From the NCBI GenBank assembly GCA_043720395.1, contig JAYSSR010000040.1, forward strand, positions 45,639-109,638: a DNA stretch of 64,000 bases, read 5' to 3'. This document shows, one piece after another, positions 27,089-36,225 of this stretch (position 1 is its first letter; each line of letters opens with the position of its first letter). Both the position numbers and the translations under genes were made by a program. Origin of the DNA: Acidimicrobiia bacterium (lineage in GTDB: Bacteria > Actinomycetota > Acidimicrobiia > Acidimicrobiales > JANYDT01). Under the pieces are notes generated by a model. The model made no database searches and was not told where the DNA came from. It saw only the letters and a program-made list of their open reading frames with translations.

Positions 27089-28215
27089 CGACCGAAATCG
27101 CAAGCGCAGCGGAGTTCAAACAGCACATCGACACCGTTCAGGCCCGGGACGGCTACGCCAACGCGTTCGCGTTCGGCGTCGGCACCGCAGTCATGGCACC
27201 GAGCGGCAAGATCCTCGACACGAGCTACCCGGTCGTGAACCGTGAGGAGAACTACGGGTCAGCGGCCGTACTTGCGGATGTCGTCGGGCACCTTTCCGGT
27301 ACTGCCACCTATGTTCTCGACGCCGCGGGCCTTGACGGGGCAATCGCGTGCTTCGGCTGGACCGAGGGCGACGGAAAAGCGCACCACAACGTCGAGGCCT
27401 TGAAGACTGCACGCGCCGCGCTCGACGCGCCCGCTCCACTCGGTGGCGTCCGTCGAATCGTGGTCTCGTTCATCGGTTCACCCGACGATGCCCCGGTGAA
27501 CGCGTACGACGTGTACCTCCGACTCCACCTGCTCTCCCACAGGTCCACGAAGCCACACGAGGTGTCACTGGATGGTGCGTTCGGCTTGCTGAACAACGTC
27601 GTGTGGACGAGCGTCGGCCCGTTCGACCCAGATGGGTTCGATCTCGTCCGTGCCCGCCTGAGTGCCTCGGGCCACAACGTCTTGGTGCACGGCGTCGACA
27701 AGTTTCCGAAGATGGTCGACTACGTGATTCCCGGTGGCGTCCGGATTGCCGACGCAAGCCGCGTCCGACTCGGCGCGCACCTCGCCGACGGAACAACGGT
27801 CATGCACGAGGGCTTCTGCAACTTCAACGCCGGCACGCTCGGTGCATCAATGGTGGAGGGACGCATCAGCGCTGGCGTCGTCGTTGGCCACGGGTCCGAC
27901 ATTGGCGGCGGGGCATCGGTCATGGGCACGCTGTCCGGAGGCGGGAAGCAGGTCGTGAGCATCGGCGAAGGCTGTCTGCTCGGTGCGAACGCGGGCATCG
28001 GCATTTCCCTTGGCGACAACTGCATCGTCGAGGCTGGCCTCTACGTGACTGCGGGAACTCGTGTGAAGCTGCCAGACGGCACGATCGTGAAGGCCCGCGA
28101 ACTGTCCAAGGAGAGCAACCTTCTGTTCCGCCGCAACAGCCAGTCCGGGGCTGTCGAAGTGGTCGCCAACGGTGCCGTGTGGACGGGACTAAACGCGGAG
28201 CTTCATAAGAACTGA
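27085..28215 (+). CDS. dapD: 2,3,4,5-tetrahydropyridine-2,6-dicarboxylate N-succinyltransferase (actinobacterial type)
   Basis: Long collinear similarity, by recall, to mycobacterial DapD: [94 protein letters not shown]. Confidence 0.85.
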   Translation: MTTEIASAAEFKQHIDTVQARDGYANAFAFGVGTAVMAPSGKILDTSYPVVNREENYGSAAVLADVVGHLSGTATYVLDAAGLDGAIACFGWTEGDGKAHHNVEALKTARAALDAPAPLGGVRRIVVSFIGSPDDAPVNAYDVYLRLHLLSHRSTKPHEVSLDGAFGLLNNVVWTSVGPFDPDGFDLVRARLSASGHNVLVHGVDKFPKMVDYVIPGGVRIADASRVRLGAHLADGTTVMHEGFCNFNAGTLGASMVEGRISAGVVVGHGSDIGGGASVMGTLSGGGKQVVSIGEGCLLGANAGIGISLGDNCIVEAGLYVTAGTRVKLPDGTIVKARELSKESNLLFRRNSQSGAVEVVANGAVWTGLNAELHKN

Positions 28216-28287
28216 GCCAAGCGGTCCGCCTCCGCTCCGATGAATCGAGGCGTCGGACTCAAGCGTGACGTGATCGGAGGAACAACG

Positions 28288-29409
28288 ATGGACGACGTGT
28301 CAACGACCAGCCGCTGTGATGTCGCCGTCATCGGTGGAGGCGCAATCGGTCTGGCGACCGCGCACGTGCTCCTCGAACGTCGACCGGACCTTTCGGTGAC
28401 GCTCGTGGAACGTCGCAGCGAAATCCGAGTCAACGGCGGACGCGGCGACCGCGAGCTTGCTGGCGACACCCTGACGTCGATTGCGCCGACTTCCGGAACC
28501 GGTCGACGGGAGTTGCAGGACTTCCTTCGTAGTTTCGACGTTGCCCTCACTCCGACGGCTCATCTGATCGTGGCGACCGGACCCGACCAGCGCGCACGTC
28601 TCCGCGAGCTCTTCGACCGAGCCGCTACCGAGCTCTCGCCGGAGTGGCTTGACGGCGAGGAGTTGTCGACCCTCGAACCTGCGCTGGTTGGGTCTGCCGC
28701 TGTTCGTATTCCGGGCACGTTGCTTGCCGACGCGCGTACCGTCTCGCTCGCCCTGAGCGCTTCAGTGCTTCCGCGCGTCGATGTGCGCCTCGGGACCGAA
28801 GTGGACGGCATTGCATTCCGCCGCTCGGAAGCCGAGGTTGCAACCTCGAGCGGAACGATCGTCGCCGGTCGGGTAATCAACTGCGCGGGTCGCAACGCGC
28901 ATGCCGTGCTCAAAGCGACCGCGGGCTGCCCGCAGCTCAACGTCGCTTCGTTCCAGGAAGACATCGTCGAGCGTCGGTCCCTCGGACCGGTCGGGTCGCT
29001 GCCGTTCCACATCGTATCCACGATGCCGATCTCGCAGACGGACCGGACTGGCGGCTTCATGATGGCCCGACCTGACGGTCTGCTCTCGGTGAGGTCACAG
29101 CAAGTCCGCGTTCGCGCCGCTGGGCTGGCCCGATATGGCCGCACGGACCGTCGTACTGACGGTGACCTGCTGCTGCGGCCGGTGTTTCGTGACCTCGCCC
29201 GCATCGATCTGCGAGAGGTCAACCGCGAACGGCGAATTCGCACCGTGCTGCACAGCGTCGGGGACGCAGGCCCCTCGACCCTTCGCCACCGCTGCTCGAC
29301 GCACATCCTCGATCTCGGGGAGCGCAGCCTGTCCGCAGCGTTCCGTGCGGCCGTCGAGGCGGTCGAGGCGCTCGACGGCGACACCGTCGGCCAGCGCCTC
29401 GTCGGCTGA
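28288..29409 (+). CDS. FAD-dependent oxidoreductase (DAO-like)
   Basis: N-terminal dinucleotide fold [16 protein letters not shown]...LVER, with GGAGGA 6 nt upstream of the ATG. The rest of the protein is divergent and the substrate is unknown. Confidence 0.55.
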   Translation: MDDVSTTSRCDVAVIGGGAIGLATAHVLLERRPDLSVTLVERRSEIRVNGGRGDRELAGDTLTSIAPTSGTGRRELQDFLRSFDVALTPTAHLIVATGPDQRARLRELFDRAATELSPEWLDGEELSTLEPALVGSAAVRIPGTLLADARTVSLALSASVLPRVDVRLGTEVDGIAFRRSEAEVATSSGTIVAGRVINCAGRNAHAVLKATAGCPQLNVASFQEDIVERRSLGPVGSLPFHIVSTMPISQTDRTGGFMMARPDGLLSVRSQQVRVRAAGLARYGRTDRRTDGDLLLRPVFRDLARIDLREVNRERRIRTVLHSVGDAGPSTLRHRCSTHILDLGERSLSAAFRAAVEAVEALDGDTVGQRLVG

Positions 29410-29464
29410 CTTACGGGTCGATTTGTCGTACCCTCGATGCGTGTCGATTTTTTCCCGCAAGCCA

Positions 29465-30091
29465 ATGGACCTGCCGAATGTGGACTCGGCACTGCCCGGC
29501 CGCGCCGACCCGATGCCGGTCGCGTCCCTCCATCATGTGCTTGGCACGTCGATCCTCCCGCCGTTCCCCGACGGTGCCCATCAACTGATCGTCGGAATGG
29601 GCTGCTTCTGGGGTGCCGAGCGGAAGTTTTGGGAAGCGCCGGGCGTGATCACGACCGCCGTCGGCTACGCAGGTGGGATCACACCGAACCCCACCTACGA
29701 GGAAGTTTGTAGCGGCCGCACGGGGCACAACGAAGTTGTCCTGGCCGTGTTCGACCCGGCCGTCACGTCGTTCGACGCGCTGATCCGAGTCTTCTGGGAA
29801 AGCCACAACCCAACGCAGGGTATGCGTCAGGGCAACGATGTCGGCACTCAATACCGCAGCGGCATCTACGTGTCCGACGCCGCGCAAAGCACATCGGCGC
29901 ACGCCTCGCGCGAGTTGTTCCAGAAGGAACTCAGCGCCGCTGGATACGGTGGAATCACGACGGAGATCGTCGATTCTCCGGTCTTTTACTACGCCGAGAC
30001 CTATCACCAGCAGTACCTCTCCAAGAACCCGAACGGGTACTGCGGCCTCGGAGGCACCGGGATCAGCTGCCCCGTCGGCCTCGCCCGCTGA
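29465..30091 (+). CDS. msrA: Peptide-methionine (S)-S-oxide reductase
   Basis: [49 protein letters not shown]. An alternative GTG start lies at 29441. Confidence 0.9.
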   Translation: MDLPNVDSALPGRADPMPVASLHHVLGTSILPPFPDGAHQLIVGMGCFWGAERKFWEAPGVITTAVGYAGGITPNPTYEEVCSGRTGHNEVVLAVFDPAVTSFDALIRVFWESHNPTQGMRQGNDVGTQYRSGIYVSDAAQSTSAHASRELFQKELSAAGYGGITTEIVDSPVFYYAETYHQQYLSKNPNGYCGLGGTGISCPVGLAR

Positions 30092-30156
30092 AGATCGGGT
30101 TCGGCGACCGGCGTCACGCTGACGCCTTCCGGCGAGTTCCCTGGCACGATGGGGGG

Positions 30157-31128
30157 ATGATCCACCGTCCCCGTCGTCTGCGCGTCAACGCCGCGATGCG
30201 CCGCCTTGTGGCCGAGAGCCGATTGGGCGTCGATGACGTCATCGCGCCGCTCTTCGTGCGCGAAGGCATCCACGAACCGAACCCAATTTCGTCCCTGCCG
30301 GGAGTGATGCAACACACACGCCAGTCGTTGCGCCAGGAGGTCCGCGAGCTGGCCGATCTTGGGGTGCCGGGCGTCATCGTTTTCGGCGTGCCGATGCACA
30401 AGGACGCTGAGGGCAGCGAATCGTGGAACCCGTACGGTATCGTGCAGCTCGCGTTGCAGGACCTACGCGACGACTTGGGCGACGACCTCGTGCTGATGGC
30501 CGACCTCTGTATCGATGAGTACACGAGCCACGGCCACTGCGGGGTCCTCGACGCGAAAGGTGGCGTCGACAACGACAAGACGCTTGATATCTATGCGCGC
30601 ATAGCAGTTGCACAAGCGCGCGCGGGCGCGCAGGTTGTTGCGCCGAGCGGCATGATGGACGGTCAGGTCGGAACTATCCGAGCGGCACTCGACGCGAGCG
30701 GGTTCTTCGACGTTGCAATCCTCGCGTACTCCGCGAAATACGCGACGGCGCTTTACGGCCCGTTCCGCGAAGCCGTCGATGTTCGCATTGCCGACGGGGG
30801 AGATCGCAAGGGATACCAGCAGGACTGGCACAACGCCCGTGAAGCCCTGACAGAGGTTCGCCTCGACATCGAACAGGGTGCCGACATGGTGATGGTCAAA
30901 CCCGCGATGACCTACCTGGACATCATTGCCAAGGTACGGGCCGCCGTCGAGGTGCCCCTCGCCGCCTATCACGTGAGTGGGGAGTACGCGATGATCAAGG
31001 CCGCCGCCGAACGAGGATGGGTTGACGGTCCCGCCATCGCCGTGGAACAGCTCACGGCCATAAAACGCGCTGGGGCCGACTTCATCCTCACCTATTTCGC
31101 CCGCGATTTCGCCGAGGCATCCCAATGA
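30157..31128 (+). CDS. hemB: Porphobilinogen synthase (delta-aminolevulinate dehydratase)
   Basis: MIHRPRRLR, DLCIDEYTSHGHCG, APSGMMDGQV, VKPAMTYLDI, YHVSGEYAM. Confidence 0.9.
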   Translation: MIHRPRRLRVNAAMRRLVAESRLGVDDVIAPLFVREGIHEPNPISSLPGVMQHTRQSLRQEVRELADLGVPGVIVFGVPMHKDAEGSESWNPYGIVQLALQDLRDDLGDDLVLMADLCIDEYTSHGHCGVLDAKGGVDNDKTLDIYARIAVAQARAGAQVVAPSGMMDGQVGTIRAALDASGFFDVAILAYSAKYATALYGPFREAVDVRIADGGDRKGYQQDWHNAREALTEVRLDIEQGADMVMVKPAMTYLDIIAKVRAAVEVPLAAYHVSGEYAMIKAAAERGWVDGPAIAVEQLTAIKRAGADFILTYFARDFAEASQ

Positions 31129-32420
31129 GCCACATCGCAATGCGCAAGGGTGAGATGACGAACGCGGCCCTGTTCGAGCGGGCGCAAAAGGTGCTCGTCG
31201 GCGGCGTGAACTCGCCGGTCCGTGCCTTCCGAAGCGTCGGCGGCACCCCCTACTTCGTCGAGCGAGGCGAAGGGGCGTATGTGTGGGACGTCGAGGGCAC
31301 GAAGTACATCGACCTCGTACAGTCCTACGGAGCCTCACTGGTAGGACATGCCCACCCGAAGGTCGTGGAGGCGTTGCAGGCCGCGGCCGCCCAGGGCACC
31401 ACATTCGGTGCCCCTACGCTGCGCGAGATTCGGCTCGCCGAAACGATGTGCGCTCGCGTGCCGGGCCTGGAGATGGTGCGGATGACGTCGAGCGGCACGG
31501 AAGCCACGATGAGCGCCGTTCGCCTCGCCCGCGGAATCACGGGCCGCTCGAAAGTCATCAAGTTTGCTGGCTGCTACCACGGGGCGACCGATTCGCTCCT
31601 TGCTGAGGGCGGGAGCGGTGTTGCCAATCAGGGCCTGCCGGGCTGCGATGGCGTGCCGCTCAGCGCCGTGGCAGACACGATCGTTGCGCCGTTCAACGTC
31701 GTCCCCGAGATCGGTTCCGACGTTGCGCTCGTCGCCGTCGAACCTGTCGCCGCCAACATGGGCCTCGTCGCCCCCGACGAGGGGTTTCTCCGGGGCCTTC
31801 GCGACGCCTGTGACCGTTCGGGTGCGCTTCTTCTCTTCGACGAAGTCATCACCGGCTTCCGTCTGGGCAACGGGGGAGCGACCGCATGGAGCGGCGTCCG
31901 GCCCGACCTCTGGTGCTTCGGCAAGGTCATCGGTGGCGGCGCACCAGTCGGTGCCTTCGGTGGGACCCGTGCGGCGATGCTCACTCTCGCCCCGATCGGG
32001 CCCGTGTACCAGGGGGGGACGTTATCCGGAAATCCACTCGCCACCGCTGCGGGTCTTGCCGTCCTTGACCTCGCCACCGACGATGCCTTTGCCGAGCTCA
32101 CTCGGCGCGTCGCTGACTTCGGCCGAGCGCTCGAAGGTGCCATCCGGTCCGGTGGACTTCCGGCCCAGGTCCCGGTGGTGGGAACGCTTGTAGGAGTCCA
32201 TCTCGGCCCCGGCCCGGTGCGCAACTACGACGACGCCAAACGGACCAACTCCGCCGGGCTCTACGGACCGTTCTTCCACGAGATGCTTAACCGTGGCATC
32301 GCAATGGCCCCTGGTGCCTATGAGGCACTCTTCCCGAGCTTCGCCCACTCCGACGTTGACCTTGCACGGGTTGTCGAAGCGGCGGCCGAATCGGCCGCCG
32401 CTGTCGCACGTACGCTGTGA
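31125..32420 (+). CDS. hemL: Glutamate-1-semialdehyde 2,1-aminomutase
   Basis: GGVNSPVRAF, MTSSGTEATM, LLFDEVITGFR, and the PLP-lysine context FGKVIGGG. Confidence 0.9.
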   Translation: MSHIAMRKGEMTNAALFERAQKVLVGGVNSPVRAFRSVGGTPYFVERGEGAYVWDVEGTKYIDLVQSYGASLVGHAHPKVVEALQAAAAQGTTFGAPTLREIRLAETMCARVPGLEMVRMTSSGTEATMSAVRLARGITGRSKVIKFAGCYHGATDSLLAEGGSGVANQGLPGCDGVPLSAVADTIVAPFNVVPEIGSDVALVAVEPVAANMGLVAPDEGFLRGLRDACDRSGALLLFDEVITGFRLGNGGATAWSGVRPDLWCFGKVIGGGAPVGAFGGTRAAMLTLAPIGPVYQGGTLSGNPLATAAGLAVLDLATDDAFAELTRRVADFGRALEGAIRSGGLPAQVPVVGTLVGVHLGPGPVRNYDDAKRTNSAGLYGPFFHEMLNRGIAMAPGAYEALFPSFAHSDVDLARVVEAAAESAAAVARTL

Positions 32421-32426
32421 GCCAGA

Positions 32427-33104
32427 TTATCGGGTGAGACCCCGTAGATGGGTGCCGATGAGGTGATCGGTGAGCTTGTGGTTCGCCGGCCAATCGACGT
32501 GGGGCTTGGCGATTTGGAGCGACACTAGGCCGTGTACGACGGACCAAACGCCATAGGCCATCAGCTTCGGATCCTCGCTCGTCACGACACCGGCCTTGAT
32601 GCATCGGCGACAGCGGTCGACGAGCGGATCGAGTCCGTTCACCCCATGGCGTCGGAGTTCGTCGAGCTGATCGGGTGTGAGGATCGACTTGCCCATGAAC
32701 AGAATCCGGTAGTGCTCGGGATGATCAAGACCGAAACGGACGTATGCCCGCATCCCTGCCTCAAGGCGTCCGAGCGGGTCGGAGTCTGGGACCGCCGCCA
32801 CCGCAAGATCGACGGCTTGGTTGAGTTGGCGAAACCGGCGCGCGCACACGTCGAACAGCAGTTCTTGCTTGTCGAAGAAGTGGAGGTAGATGGCAGGCGG
32901 GGTGCAGCCCACCCGCTCCGCAACCGCTCTGATCGAGACGGCGTCGGGGGTGGCGTTCGCCATGAGTATCGCGTCGACAGCGTCGAGGATCTCGTCGCGA
33001 AGGCGGTCCCCTTCTCCTCGTTTGGACCGCTGTCGTCGTAAAGGCGCGTCGGACGGGTCAAGAACGTCGAGCGTCGCAGGCGACGGACGGAGCATTGTGG
33101 ACAT
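32427..33104 (-). CDS. TetR-family transcriptional regulator
   Basis: N-terminal HTH SIRAVAERVGCTPPAIYLHFFDKQELL. Confidence 0.85.
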   Translation of the reverse strand: MSTMLRPSPATLDVLDPSDAPLRRQRSKRGEGDRLRDEILDAVDAILMANATPDAVSIRAVAERVGCTPPAIYLHFFDKQELLFDVCARRFRQLNQAVDLAVAAVPDSDPLGRLEAGMRAYVRFGLDHPEHYRILFMGKSILTPDQLDELRRHGVNGLDPLVDRCRRCIKAGVVTSEDPKLMAYGVWSVVHGLVSLQIAKPHVDWPANHKLTDHLIGTHLRGLTR

Positions 33105-33123
33105 GGCGGAACCTCCTGGGCCG

Positions 33124-33144
33124 AAATCGATCTGGTTTCGATTT
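33124..33144. promoter_or_regulatory. 7-bp inverted repeat just upstream of the tetR start (candidate operator)
   Basis: AAATCGA-N7-TCGATTT (33124-33130 and 33138-33144), 20 nt upstream of the TetR start codon on the minus strand. Confidence 0.35.
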
Positions 33145-33253
33145 GGTTACCAGGAGTCAACGCACGCCCCATGAGGGATTGATGACCCTGCGGTGAGCGC
33201 CCCGCAATTCGGTGCCTTCGTCACCGCAGCCGCAGCCGGGACGCAAGACGCAG

Positions 33254-34024
33254 CTATGGGCAGACTTGGAGTGTTTCGGGAATCTGGAACGTAGCGGCGT
33301 CGAAGGGTTCCTCCGCCGCGATGGTCGGATCCTCCCCAACCTTTGCAAGGACGTTCACGGGGAAATCTTTCGGCGTCGACTGCAAACGATTCCGCTCATA
33401 GTTGACGAGGTAGATCAGTTGTGCGTCGCTCAGTGTGGGGAAGCCCGGCATGCCGGTTTTCGCCGCGTGTTGCCCGCCCTCGCGGTTGGGGTCGCCATAA
33501 GGCTGTCCCGCACCGCAACTGCCGTGCTTCACGAATGCTGCCTGCTCGATGGGGTCGGGGAAGGTCTTCTCGGCTTCGCCGTTGTACAGCGGACGTCCGA
33601 CAAGTCCTTTGTCCGAACCCGCTCCATCGCCGCCATGACAGCTGGCACAGTTGGCGTTGTACAGGCTCTGGCCGATCGACTGTGGGGTGTCGGCACGCGC
33701 CTGCGGGGTTGACCATGTGTTGAACATGAATATCGCCCAGACCGGGAGCCCGGCCAGGAGAAAGACGGACGAGATTTTTGCGAATGCAGCACCCCGAACC
33801 TTCTCCACCCTGGGTGCTGCGGTTCGGCCGCCTGCTTTCGGCACCTTGGGGGCAGCGGCACCGGCGGCGTCCGCGGCGCTTGGATCGACCGGTGCGGCCG
33901 GCACAGATGCAACCGGGGAGGTGGTGTCGGTCGGAGTCGGGCTCGGGGCCTCGACGCCTTCACCCGATAGGGCGGCGCGACGCGCTTTGGCCCGATCAAG
34001 CAGGTGCGGGGGTACTTCAGCCAC
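33254..34024 (-). CDS. Membrane-anchored monohaem c-type cytochrome
   Basis: Single CASCH haem motif with a distal TGMPGF Met. About 80 aa of cytoplasmic Ala/Pro-rich N-terminus, then the TM helix ISSVFLLAGLPVWAIFMF. Confidence 0.75.
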   Translation of the reverse strand: MAEVPPHLLDRAKARRAALSGEGVEAPSPTPTDTTSPVASVPAAPVDPSAADAAGAAAPKVPKAGGRTAAPRVEKVRGAAFAKISSVFLLAGLPVWAIFMFNTWSTPQARADTPQSIGQSLYNANCASCHGGDGAGSDKGLVGRPLYNGEAEKTFPDPIEQAAFVKHGSCGAGQPYGDPNREGGQHAAKTGMPGFPTLSDAQLIYLVNYERNRLQSTPKDFPVNVLAKVGEDPTIAAEEPFDAATFQIPETLQVCP

Positions 34025-34237
34025 GTGGTCCTCCGGAGACAGCGCCCGACTTCCGGGCGCGCTATTCAGCGTTGATGTAACCCGCGCACGGGCTCATGCC
34101 CTGTTGAATCTAGGCGCGTTTGGAGGTCACGCCCAATCATCGATCGAAGTGCGATTCGGCGACCCCGGGTTCGGTCGTGGTAGAACGGCTCCCGAGAAAC
34201 GGCGTTCGTACGCACGACGAGCGGCGACCGAAGTACA

Positions 34238-34255
34238 ATGTGATTTGATTCACAA
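34238..34255. promoter_or_regulatory. Perfect TGTGA-N6-TCACA palindrome (Rex- and/or CRP-type operator) overlapping a TACAAT -10-like hexamer
   Basis: ATGTGATTTGATTCACAA. The right half TTCACAA is a perfect Rex half-site and the left half matches 5 of 7. TACAAT lies at 34234-34239, and the site is 65 nt upstream of the first gene of the + strand respiratory array. Confidence 0.65.
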
Positions 34256-34319
34256 GGTGGCTGTCGCCGCCGAGCGCGAGAGTGTCAAGCAGGAAAGACC
34301 CGAGAAGGAAGAGACTTGA

Positions 34320-34829
34320 GTGGTTGCGTTCTTCGCCTCGTTGCTGGCACTCATCGTGTTCATTGCTCTCCCCGCCGCGTACGGCAAGCGTCGCCCTGTC
34401 GGCACGCCCGTCACGTGGGGCGAGGCCATGGCAGGCAGCCTCTATTTGTTCTTTGTGATGTTCTGGGCATACGGAGTGGTACCTCACCAGTTCCTCTCGT
34501 GGGCCGACGGTCCGCTGAAGTGGCGTGCCGATGCCTACGGCATCCCGGCGGGCAAACTTCGCGAGCTGATCGGCGAGAAGGAAAACCACTTCTACAGCTA
34601 CAAGAGCAACGCGTTCTGGCCGAGTGGGGTCACCTTTGGCGGGCGCGGTCGAGTCTTGGTCAGCAAGGAACACGTGCGGGACTTCGTCGCCGCAAACATT
34701 TACATCGTCTTTCTCGGTGTTCACATCGCGCTCTGGGGTGCCTGGCAGAAGCGTGGCAAGAAGGCCTCTGCGAAGGCCGCCCTGGCACCGACATCGACCT
34801 ATGGGCGTCCGCTCGTGAAGAAGGCCTGA
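34320..34829 (+). CDS. Membrane protein of unknown function, first gene of the bc-type cluster
   Basis: 169 aa with 3-4 hydrophobic segments (FFASLLALIVFIALPAA, SLYLFFVMFWAYGVV, ANIYIVFLGVHIALWGAW). It ends 7 nt before the ferredoxin gene. Confidence 0.5.
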   Translation: MVAFFASLLALIVFIALPAAYGKRRPVGTPVTWGEAMAGSLYLFFVMFWAYGVVPHQFLSWADGPLKWRADAYGIPAGKLRELIGEKENHFYSYKSNAFWPSGVTFGGRGRVLVSKEHVRDFVAANIYIVFLGVHIALWGAWQKRGKKASAKAALAPTSTYGRPLVKKA

Positions 34830-34836
34830 GGTCGCA

Positions 34837-35250
34837 ATGGCCAAGACCGATGCCAACCCACCGATGCCCTATTTCCCGGGCGGCTATACGCTCGCGGAAA
34901 TCACCGTGGATGACCTCAACAAGAGCGTCAAGCCCAAGCAGTTCCTGCATATCGATCAGTCCGAATGCATTATGTGCGAGGGCTGCGTGGACATCTGCCC
35001 GTGGAAGTGCATCCATATGCTCTCCGCTGGCACCGTCGAGGACTCGGTCAACGTCGTTGCGCCGGGAACTGATCCCGACGATCACGTCGTCTTCGTCGTG
35101 GACGAGGACGTCTGCACGCGTTGCGGTCTCTGTGTGGACCGGTGTCCGACCGGCGTCATCATCATGGGCAAGGCGGGCGTGGCCCCTCGCGATGGCGACC
35201 AGCACATGCGCGACAACAAGCACGGCTATTCCTACGGGATGCGGTTCTAG
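34837..35250 (+). CDS. 2x[4Fe-4S] ferredoxin-domain protein
   Basis: CIMCEGCVDICP and CTRCGLCVDRCP cluster motifs; 137 aa. Confidence 0.8.
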   Translation: MAKTDANPPMPYFPGGYTLAEITVDDLNKSVKPKQFLHIDQSECIMCEGCVDICPWKCIHMLSAGTVEDSVNVVAPGTDPDDHVVFVVDEDVCTRCGLCVDRCPTGVIIMGKAGVAPRDGDQHMRDNKHGYSYGMRF

Positions 35251-35416
35251 TGCGTTCCCAGCCTTCCGCTACCGGTCGCGATATCCAACCCTGTAGGGAG
35301 GAGGGCGAAGCACGACGTACGCCGTCCAACCGGCGGCGGAGCTGCTTCGGTTCGACGGAACTGTCTCAGCGCGCCCGAAGGGCGCACAATCCGGTGATGA
35401 CTCCGAAGGAGCGCGA

Positions 35417-36190
35417 ATGGCAACACCGATGAAGCCAGGCATCGGCGACAAGGTCGCTGAACGGGTGGACAAGGTCCAGGGCAGTCAAGCCTGGAACTCG
35501 ATCTTCCGACCAGGATCGATCTTTCGCAAGGGTTACAGCGACTCGCCGCGTAACCGCAGCTACGTCATCATGAACTCGCTGCTCTATCACCTTCACCCCG
35601 TGAAAGTGAAGCGCCACGCGGTCAAGGTCAGCTATACACTGTGCCTTGGCGGGCTCTCGTTCTTCCTGTTCATCGTGCTGACCGTCACGGGCATCTTCTT
35701 AATGTTCTTCTACCGGCCCACCGAGGCGGCAGCGTGGACCGATATCAAAACGCTGCACACCGCCGTGACATTCGGGCTCCTCGTGCGAAACATGCATCGG
35801 TGGGGTGCGCACCTCATGGTGCTCTCCGTTTTCTTGCACATGGCCCGCGTCTTCTACCACGGTGCCTACAAGGCACCGCGCGAGTTCAACTGGGTTATTG
35901 GCGTCATCCTCCTCATGCTGACGCTGCTGCTTTCGTTCACCGGCTACCTCCTCCCCTGGGATCAGTTGGCACTCTGGGCGGTAACGGTCGGAACGAACAT
36001 GATCGGCTACACCCCCGTGTTCGGCCCGCAGTCGCGATTCGTCTTGCTGTCAGGTGTTGAGATCGGCACGGACACGCTCTTGCGATGGTATGTGTTGCAT
36101 GTGTTGCTGTTTCCCTTCGTCATTGTCATCTTCATGGCGATTCACTTCTGGCGTGTCCGCAAGGACGGCGGTATCTCCGGTCCTCTGTGA
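35417..36190 (+). CDS. Cytochrome b, N-terminal (b6-type) subunit of a split cytochrome b
   Basis: Four haem-ligand His (NMHRWGAHLMVLSVFLHMARVF and LRWYVLHVLLFPFVIVIFMAIHF), a CLGG motif at res 76-79, and AAGGAG 8 nt upstream of the ATG. Confidence 0.85.
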   Translation: MATPMKPGIGDKVAERVDKVQGSQAWNSIFRPGSIFRKGYSDSPRNRSYVIMNSLLYHLHPVKVKRHAVKVSYTLCLGGLSFFLFIVLTVTGIFLMFFYRPTEAAAWTDIKTLHTAVTFGLLVRNMHRWGAHLMVLSVFLHMARVFYHGAYKAPREFNWVIGVILLMLTLLLSFTGYLLPWDQLALWAVTVGTNMIGYTPVFGPQSRFVLLSGVEIGTDTLLRWYVLHVLLFPFVIVIFMAIHFWRVRKDGGISGPL

Positions 36191-36225
36191 CCTGAGAGCC
36201 GCCTCGAATCGAACAAGGAGTCCAC

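Noticed and set aside
35121-35432. 103-aa + ORF covering the 166-nt gap between the ferredoxin and cytochrome b genes.
   Set aside because: It is out of frame with the ferredoxin 3' end, Arg-rich, and ends inside the cyt b start region. The cyt b gene has its own AAGGAG ribosome-binding site. The gap is more likely non-coding; a small GCGCCC-GAA-GGGCGC hairpin lies at 35371-35385.
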